From contig NC_059440.1 in NCBI RefSeq assembly GCF_021028975.2, positions 29,760,001-29,824,000 on the forward strand: a stretch of DNA of 64,000 nucleotides, written 5' to 3'. Positions 1-12,389 of the stretch are shown here, piece after piece. Under the pieces are notes generated by a model. The model searched no databases. It saw nothing but the letters and a program-made list of their open reading frames with translations, and was not told the DNA's origin. How positions within the stretch are numbered: position 1 is the stretch's first letter; each line of letters opens with the position of its first letter. Made by a program: the position numbers and the translations under genes. The stretch comes from Sphaerodactylus townsendi (taxonomy: Eukaryota).

Positions 1-19
1 CTAGATGGCCCACCAGGTG

Positions 20-211
20 AAGGAAAAGAGATTCCACCTAAACATCAGGAAAAACTTCCTGACAGTGGAATGCACTAGTCTCTGTCTTTTGAGGGTTTTT
101 TAAAAGAGAGGCTCGGTGGCCATCTGTCAGGAGTGCTCTGATTGTATATTCCTGCACTGCAGAGGGTTGGACTTGATGGCCTTTGGGGTCTCTTCCAACT
201 CTATGATTCTA
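20..211 (+). mobile_element. CR1 LINE 3' end fragment
   Basis: Resembles the amniote CR1 3' terminus (gattccacctaaacatcaggaaaaacttcctgacag ... ggttggacttgatggcc ... tcttccaactctatgattcta), ending in an ATTCT-type tail. Confidence 0.75.
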
Positions 212-788
212 ACTCATGCAAAGAGTTTAATCTCAGTTGCTGAACTCTTGCTAGCCACCTTGAATATTTGAAGATGCAGGTCCTCCCCCCCCCCCCATAA
301 AGAAATATGCCCCAGCACCAATTGCTCAGAACTGCTGGGTAATTTTTCTGTTCAGTGAAATTGTTTTGTATCAAGGAAAGAGGCTCCGGATAGTGTTGTA
401 TTCTTAGGTCAAAATTGGCCCTGCAAAATCCTGGATTCCTCAGACTAGAAGACTGCCTGAGAAGTGAGTTCAGTCCCAGGAACCCTCATCTGACAGGCTG
501 CTGCCGTGTTAGGAGACCTGCAGTGTGGAAGGTCGTGGTTCATTTTGACTCTTGGTTTTCTTCTTCACAAGAGGGTTTTTTAAAAAGGTGTTCTTCATAT
601 TCTTCATAGATACAATCTCCCTGGAAAAGGCAGAATGGGTACTGTTTTGTCAAGGGCAGGGACCCCCAGCCAATAAAAACATTTGACCGACTCAACATTA
701 TGCATGCCCATGTATCCATCACACCAGTGAATTCTCTTCCTTCTTTGCGCCATGACAAATGGTGAAATAACTGCTTCCAAGGCAGCCT

Positions 789-802
789 CCACTAGATGGC
801 GC
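789..802 (+). promoter_or_regulatory. CTCF-like motif
   Basis: CCACTAGATGGCGC matches the core CTCF consensus; motif match only. Confidence 0.45.
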
Positions 803-1402
803 ATGGCTCCATAGAATTCTGGAACATCTGGTCTTTAAAATGTGCATTTGTTTTCCCAAGAGGAAGGAGTTTCCACAGCCCTGTGGGTCGAATGTGCATT
901 TTCCCACCCAAGATAAAAGTTATAGCTGGTCATATAATGTCCTTCATCTCAGGCTCTGTCATCTCTGTATGTGATCTGGGGAGGGGGCGGGGGATGTCGG
1001 CATGTCCTTGTTCCAAAATAGGTCCCTTTCAGCCAAGATCATTTATTAATTGTCAACGGCTTCCCCCTCGCCCCTCCCTGTCCCACCTGCTCTGATTCCC
1101 AGGGGAGATTCCGGTCAGCACCAGGCCCGGCCGTCTGCCAGCACGGAGGACCTGGGAAAGGACCCACCTGCTGCCCACACCTCAGGCATCAGCTGCAGGG
1201 ATTCATTTTGGCCTTGGGATGTTTGGGGCCAGGATTCAGCCCCAGAGCCTATCAAGCACCCCATATCCACAGAGCATCTCAGCCCCTTGCTAAGAGCAAC
1301 ACCAGTGCCGCTATAGGGCAGATATAGGGCCAAGCCTCCACCCTTGGGTTGAGCTCTGGCCTCCACCCCTCGGCCTCCCCTTAAGAGACTCAGGTGAGGC
1401 AG

Positions 1403-1625
1403 CAGCTGCTCCCTTCCCTGGCTTCCCAAGGCTGGGCAAGTTATCTGGTTGTCTACATCCCCCTCTGGCTGATACTTTGGCACTTCTGCTGCCTGGCACG
1501 AGCCCAAGTCTAATCAGAGGGGGCCCGGCTGCCTGTGTGTGAAGCCCCAGAGCGGCTTTGGCTGCTGTACAATAGGACAACACAACACCCCCCATGTCCA
1601 CTGCTTGATAAAGGGGAGTATTAAA
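1403..1625 (+). promoter_or_regulatory. Pancreatic acinar-type promoter: PTF1-like E-box/TC-box, GATA site and TATA-like box
   Basis: CAGCTG-ctcc-CTTCCCTG at 1403-1420 (E-box plus TC-box about one helical turn apart), a TGATAA site just upstream of TATTAAA at 1619-1625, ~35-40 bp before the ATG at 1659. Confidence 0.55.
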
Positions 1626-1658
1626 GGCTCTGTGTCTGATAGTGTCAACCTCGACAAG

Positions 1659-4600
1659 ATGCTGGTGCTGTTGATCCCCATTTGGCTGGTGGCCGGTGGT
1701 AAGAAACAATCCGCAGATCCCTCTCGAGGCTGCGCAAACCAGGGCTTGGTCGATTGCAGGCGGTGCAGCAAAGCAGGATCCCAAACTAGGGGTCGGAGCT
1801 GCTGAGTCCAGCACATTCTGCACTGATTGTTCACAGACAGCCCCCCCCCTTTGGCGAGTAGCCTTGTGTGTGTGGCTCGCTTGACTACCAGCACAGCAAG
1901 ACAGGAAGGAGGTTCTTCCTCCTGGAAGGCAGAGAGGCAGCCAGAAAGGGAAGCTGGGCATTGTTACCCAATGCACCTAAGAGACTCCCCAGACCTTATT
2001 GCATAAAACCAGGGCTTAAACAAGCACCGCTGGGTCACGATGTCTGAATGCGATCTCTGGGTCTCTCCACTCCTGCTCAGCCTCAGCCAGAGCAAGGCAT
2101 GCTCCTGGGAGAATGGCCCACCTCGGCCCTACTGAACTGCACTCATTCAGAAGACAGACAGTGAGGTATGCTGGAGGAGAGGGTCTAGCCATGCCAGGAG
2201 CCCTTGGTCACAACTGGCCTTCCAGGCACCCAGGCAGAGATGACTTCATGAGGCTGTGTCCTGCCAGCGCTGACCCTTGGCCCTTCCAGCTCAGTAGTGT
2301 ACACTCTCTTGCAGCAGCTCTCCAGGGTCCTGGAACCTTCTGGTTGCGGTGGGTTTTCTGGGCTGTGTGGCCTTGGTCTGGTGGATCTTGTTCAAGATCC
2401 ACCAGACCACGGCCACACAGCCCGGAAAACCCACCACCACTAGTTGAATCCGGCTGTGAAAGCCTTCGACCAGACAATGGACCCTTCTGTTTGAGAAGCG
2501 GATCCCCTTTCCTTCAGGCCGCCTCTCTCTGCCGTGCACAGAAGTTGCCCTCTGCTCTCCCCTGCAGCCTCCGGGTGTGGACAGCCCATCTACGCTCCCA
2601 ACGCCAGAGTGGTCAACGGCGAGGACGCCAACCCCTTCAGCTGGCCCTGGCAGGTGAGCCACCCAACCATCCTCCTGGCTCCACACCATCCATGCCACAG
2701 CGGCAAGGGAACCTGGCTGCAGCAGAAGCCCTTCGCTCTGTCCTTCCTGCCAGGGGAGCACTGGGGTTGCCAACCTTTGGGGGGGGCTGTAGTTCTCCCA
2801 CAATCACAACCGATCTCCCAACTACAGAGATCAGTCCCCGGGGGGGGGGGGCAGCGTCTGTGGCATCACACCTTTGCAGAACAGCCTCTCCTGGCAACCC
2901 TGGGGGAGGGGCCTACTGGCCCCATGACATTGGGGAACAGTTGAACCAGCAGGGGCTGAGGCTTCCAGAGGGTCTGCAGAGTGGTAGATCTGCCCTCCTT
3001 GAGGTTCTTTTTCCACCTTCTGAGGACACCCACAGAGGCACCATTTGGGGTGTCTCTCCAAGGCTCAGGGCCAACGGGGCTCCTCTGTAGACCTCCAGCA
3101 TTCCTCAGGTGGGGGTCATGAACATCCATTTTTAAATGGGGGCTCTGTCAACCTTTGAGCACCTCCTCTAGGACAGCAGTGCCCAAGATCTCAAGGCAGC
3201 TGTACCTGCAGCCAGACAGAGTCCTTCTTGTCCCGATGGGGAGCCTCTCTTCAGAAAGGGGGGTGGCGGCGGCTGCCCAGCCCTCCAAGAAACAGCCTTC
3301 TCCCTTGCCTCCCTGCAGATCTCCCTGCAGTACGAGAAGGATGGCGTCTTCCGTCACACCTGCGGGGGGAGTCTTATTGCCCCCAACTGGGTCATGACAG
3401 CGGCACACTGCATCTCGTAAGCTCCCTCTTGTGCAGCACGGGGTGGGCGTCTTTTGGGGAGGGGCGTCAGCAGAAGCAGCTGTTCGCTTGGGGAAGGAGC
3501 ATTTTGCCAGTGAGGATTTCTTCCCGGTGGGATCCAAGGCCCCTTTTGCTGGGGATCCAACACTGGAGGGCTGTCATGTGGCCTTTGGCTCCTTGCTTGA
3601 CTAGGAGCTCTACCCTAAAAAGTCTGCCAGCCACTCTGGCTCCTGTTAGGGGAGCGGGAGGAAACTGCTCCAGCTTCCCAGGAAATAAAGTTTAGGAGTC
3701 GCTGGATGACTCCGTGCATCAGTGGACTCCCCGCCACGTGCTCTGTCTCCTCAACACGACCTTTTCAGTGGGCTCTCTTTCCAGCAACTCCCGCCGCTAT
3801 GAGGTGGTGCTGGGAGAATACGACATGGACCAGGAGGACGGTTCGGAGCAGCGCATCCCTGTGAACTCCGATGACATTTTTGTGCACCCGCGCTGGCTGT
3901 CCTTCTGCGCACCCTGTGGGTAAGCAATGCTCAGCCAGGGCTCTCGGGATGCCCCCGGGGCCAAGGAGGCTTCCAAGGCCGAGCAGGGTTCCGTTTCCAG
4001 AGCAAAGATGCCCCCGTGCTTAGCCCCAGAACGCACTCTCAGTGCTGCAGCATTGAAATCTGAAGTTGTAATAAAAGACCACAGCGCCTCTGAGCAGGCA
4101 CAGAGTATATTTCCCCTCCACCTTGAATAGCCTCCTCTGGGCCTGGATTAGGGAGAAGGGTTTCCGTGGCAAGGCATGTGCACGTGTGTTGAGGCACCTC
4201 ATGCTGGATGAATGGATCCTTCCCGGGGAAAGATTGCCCGGGTAAAGGCCACATCCAGGCTCAGGGTCACCTGCTCAGGAAGCCCCCAGACTCCTCCTGA
4301 AGGTCTCTTTCCACCCCAGCAATGACATCGCCTTGCTGAAGTTGTCTCGCAGTGCTGAGCTGAACGACAAGGTGGAGCTGGCCTGCCTCCCACCTGCTGG
4401 GGAGGTCCTGCCCAACGATTACCCCTGCTACATCAGCGGCTGGGGACGCCTCTACAGTACGTGACTTCACCTTTACGACTGTGCGGCTGAGCAGGAGGGA
4501 GGGAGGGAGGGAGGGAGCGTGTCTGAGGATGTGCATCATGCCCGGGCACACACAGCCGCTGGTCTGCACAGATGCCTCCAGCAGGCGGTGTGGAGCGATG

Positions 4601-7400
4601 CCTCCTTCCAGCTCAAAATGGTCTCAAAGAGGGACAGGTCTGGGATGTTCTTTCTGACACCAACCAGGGCCCCGGGTGTGTCGACACTCATTGCGAGATT
4701 TTTCTCAGCAGCCCAAATGCCCAGTGCTGACGGGCTTTGCCTTTGGGGAGATTCGTCATCCTCAGAAGAGGACCCTGGTGGAGCCATCAGGTGCAAAAAT
4801 GGCAGCTGGGCAACCGTATGGTGTGGCTGGCCACAGACTGTTGGTGGGGAGGCAGCAGCTGCTCGATGCCTGTCGCCCCCCTGAGCTGCCTCATCTGCCC
4901 GCCTCCATCGGTCACTTGATTTTTGCATTCCGGCTCTCCAAGCCCTCTGAACCCACTCAGCCCCTCCCACCTTTATGACTGGGGGGGCGGACCCTTGGTG
5001 CCTGGACTGGCAAGGGACTCCGGCCCCCACTTGGGTGCCCCCACGCCACCAGCGTTGCCTTTCTTTGCAGCCGGTGGCCCCCTCCCCTCCAGACTGCAGC
5101 AGGCGGTTCTTCCGGTGGTGGACCACGCCCACTGCACCCAGCCTGACTGGTGGGGAGCCCTGGCGATCCGGGAAACCATGGTGTGCGCCGGCGGAGACAT
5201 CCGAGCAGGCTGCAATGTGAGTGGGGCACCAATAGCAGTGCGGCTGTGAGCTCTGCCGGCCACAGTCTCCGTGGCACCTTCTGCCACGGGGACCCTGAAT
5301 GGCGGCCTGGGAGAGAAGCCTTGTGGTGCGGGCCAGGGGGTGAAGGCAAGATCCCACACGGAGCCTGCAAAACAGGCCCCTGACCTCTGGGCGGGTGTGG
5401 GTGTCTTGTCTGCAGGGTGACTCCGGTGGCCCCCTCAACTGCCAGGCTGCAGATGGAAGATGGCAGGTCCACGGCATTGCCAGCTTTGTCTCTGGTTTGG
5501 GATGCAACGCCCTGAAGAAACCCACCGTCTTCACCCGAGTCTCTGCATTCGATGACTGGATCCAGGAAGTGAGTTGTCTTTGGTACCCAGTCAGTGGAGC
5601 AGCAGTGGCGTAGTGGTTAAGAGCAGGTGCATTCTAATCTGGAGGAACCGGGTTTGATGCCCCACTCTGCCACTTGAGCTGTGGAGGTTTATCTGGTGAA
5701 CTAGATTAGCTTGTGCACTCCAACACACGTCAGCTGGGTGACCTTGGGCTAATCCAGGGGTCTGTAACCTGTGGCACTTCAGATGTTTATGGACTACAAA
5801 TTCCATCAGCCCCTGCCAGCATGGCCAATTGACCATGCTGGCAAGGGCCGATGGGAATTGTAGTCCATGAACGTCTGGAAAGCCGCAGGTTGCAGACCCC
5901 TGGGCTAGCCACAGCTTCTCGGAGCTCTCTCAGCCCCACCCACTTCAGGGTGTTTGATGTGAGGAGGGAAGGGCAAGGAGATTGTAAACCCCTTTGTAAG
6001 TCTCCTACAGGAGAGAAAAGGNNNNNNNNNNNNNNNNNNNNNNNNNNNNNNNNNNNNNNNNNNNNNNNNNNNNNNNNNNNNNNNNNNNNNNNNNNNNNNN
6101 NNNNNNNNNNNNNNNNNNNNNNNNNNNNNNNNNNNNNNNNNNNNNNNNNNNNNAAGGGGTTTGAGGTTCAGCAGAAGGCAACTTACTAGAGCGGTAACAT
6201 CTGGATAATGATCCGGACCCTACTCTGAAGGAAGTGCAGCCGTGCAGCCGTGTGCCTGCTCCATGCTGCAACCTCTGAGTCCGGTGGGCGCGTGGCCTGG
6301 TGTTGCTGGATAGATTTCAGCCTGAACTTGGAGTCAGTTCCAGTCTTCAGTTCAACCTAGTTTCAGACCATAGTAATCTTTCTCCTCATTACTATCAGTT
6401 TGCCAGGAAAATTTAATATTTTACTGTGACAATTTTATTGTATTTTGTCAATTTTAAGAAAATGGTAAGCTCCTATAAAAGCCTGAAGTGGCTGGTTTGG
6501 AAGAACAAAAAATCTATTTAATGGGGCAGGAAAGAAAGGAAATTGGAAGTGTAGCTCAGCCAGGTCAGAACTTGTCCAGGCTGCAGCTCTTGACCAAGTG
6601 GAGATCCAGGAGGAAGCCCCCCCCCCCCCCGCAAACAGAACAAGAACACCTCGCAGCAGCTGAATGGCTAATGGATTTTGTGAGTCAGAGGCCACCATCC
6701 AACGCACATGCAGGCTTTGAGCACACGTGTGGTTGTGGAGAACATGGTTCCCTGGTTGTGTAGATTATGTATGTATTTCAAATAGTTTCACCCTCCCCTT
6801 TGGATTTTTAGTTTATAAATCCTGCAAAATAAACTCAAGAATAAAATGTCTGAAACAAGATGGAAGCAATGCCCACACCAAGCACCAGTCAAATAGACCA
6901 CAGCCAAAACTGGCTGGAAACAGCCTCCCCCTGAAAATTTGGAGGAGATCAAATAGATTTACCCTGGAACCGAAGAGACAGAAGAGCAGGCACCAAGTGG
7001 GTGGTGCCTAATGAGGGTGCCACTGCAAAGCCCTTCGGGGGTGAGGCGGCCTATAAATAAATAAACAAACAGACAGACAGACAGACAGACAAATAAATAA
7101 GGTCCTGACCATGGTAGCTGCCTGCTTGTCCCTCCAGAGGTGGGGGGGGGGGCACAGAATAGAATCCCAAAGCAGCCCGGAGAAGAGGGTCCTTCAGTTG
7201 GCGCTGCTGCCTTTCCCAGGCCAGGCTCATGGCTACCACTCTGGGCAGGGTGGCGCGTGTGAGAAAGGAGAGAGCAAGGACCCACGAGCGGCATAACAGA
7301 GGAATCTCTGCCCTGCAACCAACCCTGTAGCCCAGATTTCATTCCTAAAAATACCCTTCCTTTCCCCCTTTCCTTTCAGACCATGGCTGGCCATCTGTGA
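1659..7400 (+). CDS. CELA3: Chymotrypsin-like elastase family member 3 / proproteinase E (S1A serine protease), 8 exons, 271 aa
   Basis: Exons 1659-1698, 2568-2653, 3319-3416, 3785-3919, 4320-4456, 5071-5216, 5416-5568, 7380-7400; all GT-AG, 816 nt in one frame. Signal peptide [13 protein letters not shown], activation site R|VVNGED, triad TAAHC / NDIAL / GDSGGP, CELA3-type motifs ([32 protein letters not shown]). CELA3A vs 3B cannot be assigned. Confidence 0.95.
5596..6021 (+). mobile_element. tRNA-derived squamate SINE (CORE/Squam3-like) interrupted by a hAT MITE and cut by an assembly gap
   Basis: A-box-like tggcgtagtggtt and B-box-like gggtttgatgccc; body aligns with SINE copies at 23036-23312 and ~23895-24195. 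Confidence 0.85.
5755..5902. mobile_element. hAT-type MITE, almost fully palindromic
   Basis: TIRs CAGGGGTCTG(T/C)AACCTG...CAGGTTGCAGACCCCTG; 8-bp flanks GGCTAATC / GGCTAGCC, each one change from GGCTAGTC found in the uninterrupted SINE near 24037. Confidence 0.85.
6022..6153. other. Assembly gap (132 N)
   Basis: Run of N inside CELA3 intron 7. Confidence 1.
7025..7100 (+). mobile_element. L2-type LINE 3' tail with microsatellite
   Basis: gcccttcgggggtgaggcggcctataaataaataaa followed by (ACAG)n; similar to the tail at ~44215-44260. Confidence 0.55.
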
Positions 7401-7424
7401 TGAGCGGAGTCTTCTGAGATCTGA

Positions 7425-7430
7425 AATAAA
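7425..7430 (+). terminator. CELA3 polyadenylation signal
   Basis: AATAAA 25 nt after the stop codon. Confidence 0.8.
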
Positions 7431-10400
7431 GAGGCTGAAAAGTCCTGCTCAAACTTTGTGGTTTCCTTTTTGGCTGTTTTGCAGCCTTGCATCCAAACCC
7501 CTGCACCATCCTGCCCATGAGCTCAGCCCCTGCCTTGGCACCTACTTCTCAGCAGCTGCTAAAGAATCCCTCTCTCTGGAGGGCTTCCTGCCGTGCCAGC
7601 AGGGCACTGAGGGCAGCGGTCAGGCTGGGCTCATTCACTCCTTCATAGCACCCGCCCTGACTCAGGCAAAGCCACTGAACTCTGCACAAGAGTGCAGCAA
7701 ATAGAGACACCCCCTGGCACATGGCCCTTCCTGGCACACCCCTGGCAGCACTGCAGAGAGTGACCCACCGGCTGGGGCACCTCCTCCTGGGCACCTTAGA
7801 AATTAACTGCAACTGGCCGAGGCCTGTGCCGGGCCAGAAGTGCCCTTTGTCAGAGCACAGATCATGGGGGAGGGAAGATAAAGAGAGCCCTCCCCTCCCT
7901 GGGGCACCCAAGAGTCAACAAGTGCCCAAATGGTTTTATTGCTGCAAATGTACCCAGAGCTTTTATTGTGGCTCATTCAGGTGGTGCTGGGGAGATAAGG
8001 GTGCTGGTGAAATGGGGTGAGTGGACTTGGCACTTCCGTGGCTGTGGCAGGGATCCAAGGCAGGGTGTCCTCAGCGGCCGGGTCACAGGGCCTGCAGCCA
8101 GTGTTGTGAACCCCTGGAGTCCCCTGAGGCCCCACCGATTGCTGAATCTGCCTGAGCAAGCAGGAGATGGCCAACTGGCCCACCGTGCTTAAGCTGCAAA
8201 GCGCCAGGAGGAGCTTCAGGCTGCTGCAGTGGGTGGGAACTGACTGATGTCCAGAAGCCAATGAAGTACTTCATTAGAGGTCCCAGAGCCAGAAAAGGAC
8301 CCCCCCCCCACTTGAGGGGGGCTGAGGGTGCAGATCAGTCATCCAGAAGTTCGCTGGGTAGATGGATGGGAAGAGTGGGGTGGGGAGCTCAGCGTGGGTG
8401 GGGTGGGTGGAACCTCACAGAACCCCAAAGATAGTTCCTGCACTACCTGGGGTGGCCAGGCCCAAGCGGGGAGGGTGACACCTTGAATCATCCCTGGCCA
8501 CTGAGAAGGCATAGGGGCCACCTCCTCCACCATCCACCGGCAGTGGTCAAGCCCGACGCTGCAGGGCAACAAAGGAGCCACCATGGGGTGGGGGGCACGT
8601 GAAGATCTGTTGAGGGGGGGGGGGGGGCAGGAGGAACTGAAAGCATAGAACCTAATTTGATCACAGAGGAATCCGCCCCAGCTCAGTCTCGGCTGCCCAG
8701 GCAGGCAGCCTCCAAGGCAGAGAGGAACCTAGCAATCACGGAACTCCGATGGAGGCACATCTGCAGGAGGCTCTTCTACAATAGCAGAGCCCCACTCCTG
8801 GGGGGGGCTGGGCAGAGACTTTCAGTGGGGCAGAGAGGGAGGGCGGAAGCAGGTCAGGCAGAGTTTGCTGGGGGCAGAAAGGGCGGTCTGCTCTGCGGGG
8901 AGGACCGGCGGGGTGGCTGGCACCCCAGGCTTCACAGAGACCCGAACCGCTTGCTGCTTCTGCTGCCCTGGCTGAAGGAGACCTGCCTGCTCAAGGAACC
9001 CCCCCACCCCAATCAATCCTCGGTCTGCAGCCAGGAACGGGGGCAAAGAGGCTTCATGACAAACAGCTTAGCCCTGCAAAGGGCCCCGTGTTTGTGCGTT
9101 TGTGCCCGTGTTCCCGCAGCAATCTGTGCGACAATCAGGTTTATTTCCCCCCATAAAAAACCAAGCACAGCATGAATTATGGCCTGGGGTGGACCCCGGC
9201 CTCTGGCTGCAACTCTGGGCCTGTGGCCAGAGTCTACCTGCCAGGACGCCAGGACTCCTCAGAGGTCAGCCCTCCGTCCTAGACTCAGATCTGGGGGGCC
9301 AGCAGCGGTGACTCTCCTGGCTTCCCAGACGAAGATTGTTAAGGTTTGCCAAGCCCTTGACACCCTCCTGTGCTTGGCTATGGCTGCTTGGGAAATATAA
9401 CCCCCCCCCCTTGGAAGCAGTGTAAACACAAGGGGCCCTCTGGGGCCAGGGGAATTCCCCTCCAGGGCTGAGCAGGAAAGAGTGGGTGGATACTCTGGGG
9501 CCACGGAAGGCAGGACTGCTCTCTCCGGACTGATTCCTGGCACCACTCGTGGCTTTGCAAGGGAGGGAGGGATCCCCCGCCCCATTTACCCGACACACCC
9601 CAGGCTTCTCCAGAGCTCTTTTGGACACACTTTCATCACTGTGGAGCCCTGGTGACCTTTGGCCAGCCGCTCTGGTGCAACCTGGGGAGGATGGCTCCCA
9701 ACCGCCGAGGAGGAGCAGGTAGAACACGTCCCTAAACTATGCTTGGAGAGGAAAAAAAAGCCAAGGAGGAGAGCTTGATATCAGATGCAGGCCCTGCTGG
9801 ACTGGGGCGGTCCTGAACAAAGGGTTTCAGCAGAAAGACAGGTGGGGTGAGAATTTAAGCACAGAGGAGGGTTGGTAAGATTGCCACCAACCTGCCTCAC
9901 GTCTGACTGATAGCTCCATCTGTTGACACCCTGAGAATGGTTCTCTTAAGTCTGGTTCTCCGATTTACAGCATTGTAAGGAGGAGGCATTGTGCCTGCAC
10001 AGTTGACTATCCCTCCTGGGGTCACTGTTGCCAGGTATGGCCCCAAAAGCCATGTGGGGAGCAGTTACCATCCATGATGTCAGATCAGGGACAGGCTTAA
10101 AAACTCAGGTGGGAGCAGGCACCAGTCAAGGCAACAAAGAGGTGGTAGCCTCCCCACCCCTCCCACAAAGGCCGCGGCTCTGGGAGGAGCACCCCATGTC
10201 TGCTGCCAGGGGCTGGCGTGGGCAGCTTGCAAAGCCACAACAGATCCTCAACCCCAAACCATGGGAAAGGATCACACTTGCCCATCCTCCCAAGAGGCAA
10301 GTTCATGCAGGCGACCTGTGCTGGCGCCAGAGTGCTCTCTGGGCGCAGCCGGTGATCATCCTCAGCTGCAATAAAAATACGACCTGTCATACTCTTTTTT

Positions 10401-11579
10401 TTTATCACCACCAATTTTCAACAGCCAAAGGCTTTTACCAAGAATTAGCAAAATTAAAACACCACAAGTCTGTGGCGGAGTCTAGCTAGAGTTCACCAGT
10501 GAGGGAAACCTAGCGTGAGCTTCGTACCTGAAATGGTTTCAAGGGACCACAGAATCTACCGCAGAAATGGGCAACTCTGCTCTGTGTCTGACACAGGGAG
10601 CCACAGGGAATGCTACATGGGTTCCACTGACCAGGTTCACCTTCATGGGCTTGGGATGGCCCCACAAATGCCAGTCACAGCGGGCACCTGGATACAGCAG
10701 CAAAGCAGGCAGTGTCACAGAGGGAGGGGCTGCAGCTGGAAGGCAGGGGAGTGTCTTGCCCAAGGTCTCCCACACACAGAATGGCTCACTTCTTGTCCAC
10801 TGAACAGGTGTACCCCCAAGACAAGATGCTTGTGGAAGACTCTGCTCCCGGCACTAGTAGTGCAGCCCTTACTGGGACCAGAGGGCCCACTGGGAAGCTG
10901 GCATCATTCTTTGCAGGGTTGCCAACTCCTGAGCAGGAGCTTCTGAGAGTCCCAGCAGAAGAGCCTGGGCCCTTTCTTTTGTGACGTTTCCCCACAGGGA
11001 GAGGGCTGTGTGCCACCAGGCCCTCAGCTTGGAGTTGGACAGCTGGGACCGCTTCCAAAGGGCTTGCCTGTTATCAGCGATAGATGCATCCGAGCCAGGC
11101 CAGGTTGTCCTGCTGCCCGGCAAAGGAAGGGACCAAAGCAGAGGCTTTCCAGAGGCTGGCATTCCTGGCTGAAGGGGTGCAGGGCACATTGCGGGGAGGA
11201 ATTTCCGGGAGCCTGTGGAAGATCACAGCTCCCGGCCGAGAAGCTACCGGGGCTAGGGGTGTGCAATTTTGGGCACCGCCTGCAGGGAGGCATAAAGTGT
11301 AATATAGTTTGAAGCTTTGTGTGTGTTTTACTTTGTCGGCTGGTGCAGTTTTTAGGCTAGCGACGCACCAAGAGGCTCAGAGCTACCCTCAGGCGACCTC
11401 CTGATGATACCAGCATGGGTTTGAGTGAAGTTTGGTTCAGGGGTATAAGTTATGGACCCTCAAAGGTAGCCATACTATTAGCTCCCATTGAAAACAATAG
11501 GGAACGGGTGCACCCCCTTTGGGTGCTCTCCTGCTCATTTTTCCACGCATAGCTATGCAGTTGCCATCATGTGCAGGGG

Positions 11580-12021
11580 TTCCCATCGTTATAATGTGCA
11601 TTGCCATCGTTATAAAGTCGCGCTCCCCATCGTTATAACGTCCATTCACATCGTTATAATGTCCCCTTTGATCATTATAACATCGATTTATGTCGTTATA
11701 ACATCCCTTACCCTCGTTATAACATCCTTTACATCCTTATAACATCTATTTATGTTGTTACAACATCTATTCATGTCGTTATAACACCTATACATGTTAT
11801 CATAACATCCATTCATGTCGTTATAACGTGCCACCCCATCGTTGTAACATCCCTTTCCATCATTATAACATTCATTGCTATCGTTATAACGAGTACTCTG
11901 GTGGCCAAAGGCATGAACTACAAGCGCGTCTCAGACTCTTATTATTACGATGGATTGGTCTAATGGGTTAATGTTATAACGGTGAGAATGATTGCTCTGA
12001 TAAACGTTATAACGATGGGAA
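11580..12021. repeat. 21-bp-periodic array of a palindromic (C)GTTATAAC(G) core, bounded by 15-bp inverted repeats
   Basis: 15 cores at 11588, 11609, 11632, 11653, 11674, 11695, 11716, 11736, 11757, 11778, 11799, 11820, 11841, 11862, 11883, then inverted copies; ends TTCCCATCGTTATAA (11580-11594) and TTATAACGATGGGAA (12007-12021). Confidence 0.85.
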
Positions 12022-12389
12022 TCAGTCTTCTCTGGCTTCCTGTGATCCCATGTAAAGGCTGTCACTCCTCCTTCTCCGGACAGCCCACCCCATCCGATGG
12101 CCCCGCAGCCAGCGCCCGGTGTTCGCCAGAAGAGCTGGACAGCGCCTTCCAGCCCGGCCAGAGAGGGAATTATGGGGTCCAGGGAGCCGGTCCCTGAGGG
12201 GCTTCTGGGCCTGAGTGGCGCCTTGCGGACCCTCCAGCTGCCGGGGAACTGAGGGGGGAGGGGGCACAGGAAGGAGGAGGGTGGGCCTCTGGGGGGTCCC
12301 CAAGACGCCCGGGGTCTCCTGAGGCATTGGTGGCATTCAAGAGCATCCCGGAGCCAGTGGTGGTGTGAGGGGAGTGTATCCAGCAGAAT

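Noticed and set aside
2113-3090. 325-aa ORF
   Set aside because: Overlaps CELA3 exon 2 in another frame; no recognisable motif.
5600-5670. tRNA gene
   Set aside because: A/B boxes belong to a SINE head; same for the copies near 23040 and 23900.
5851-6271. ORFs spanning the N run
   Set aside because: Artefacts of the assembly gap.
10028-11312. Cluster of 60-150 aa ORFs and a strong minus-strand donor near 10872
   Set aside because: The exon joins I tried hit stops, and no domain was recognised.
11580-11895. CRISPR-like array (palindromic repeats with variable spacers)
   Set aside because: Period is only 21 bp, spacers are ~11 bp and related to each other, there are no cas genes, and the context is vertebrate.
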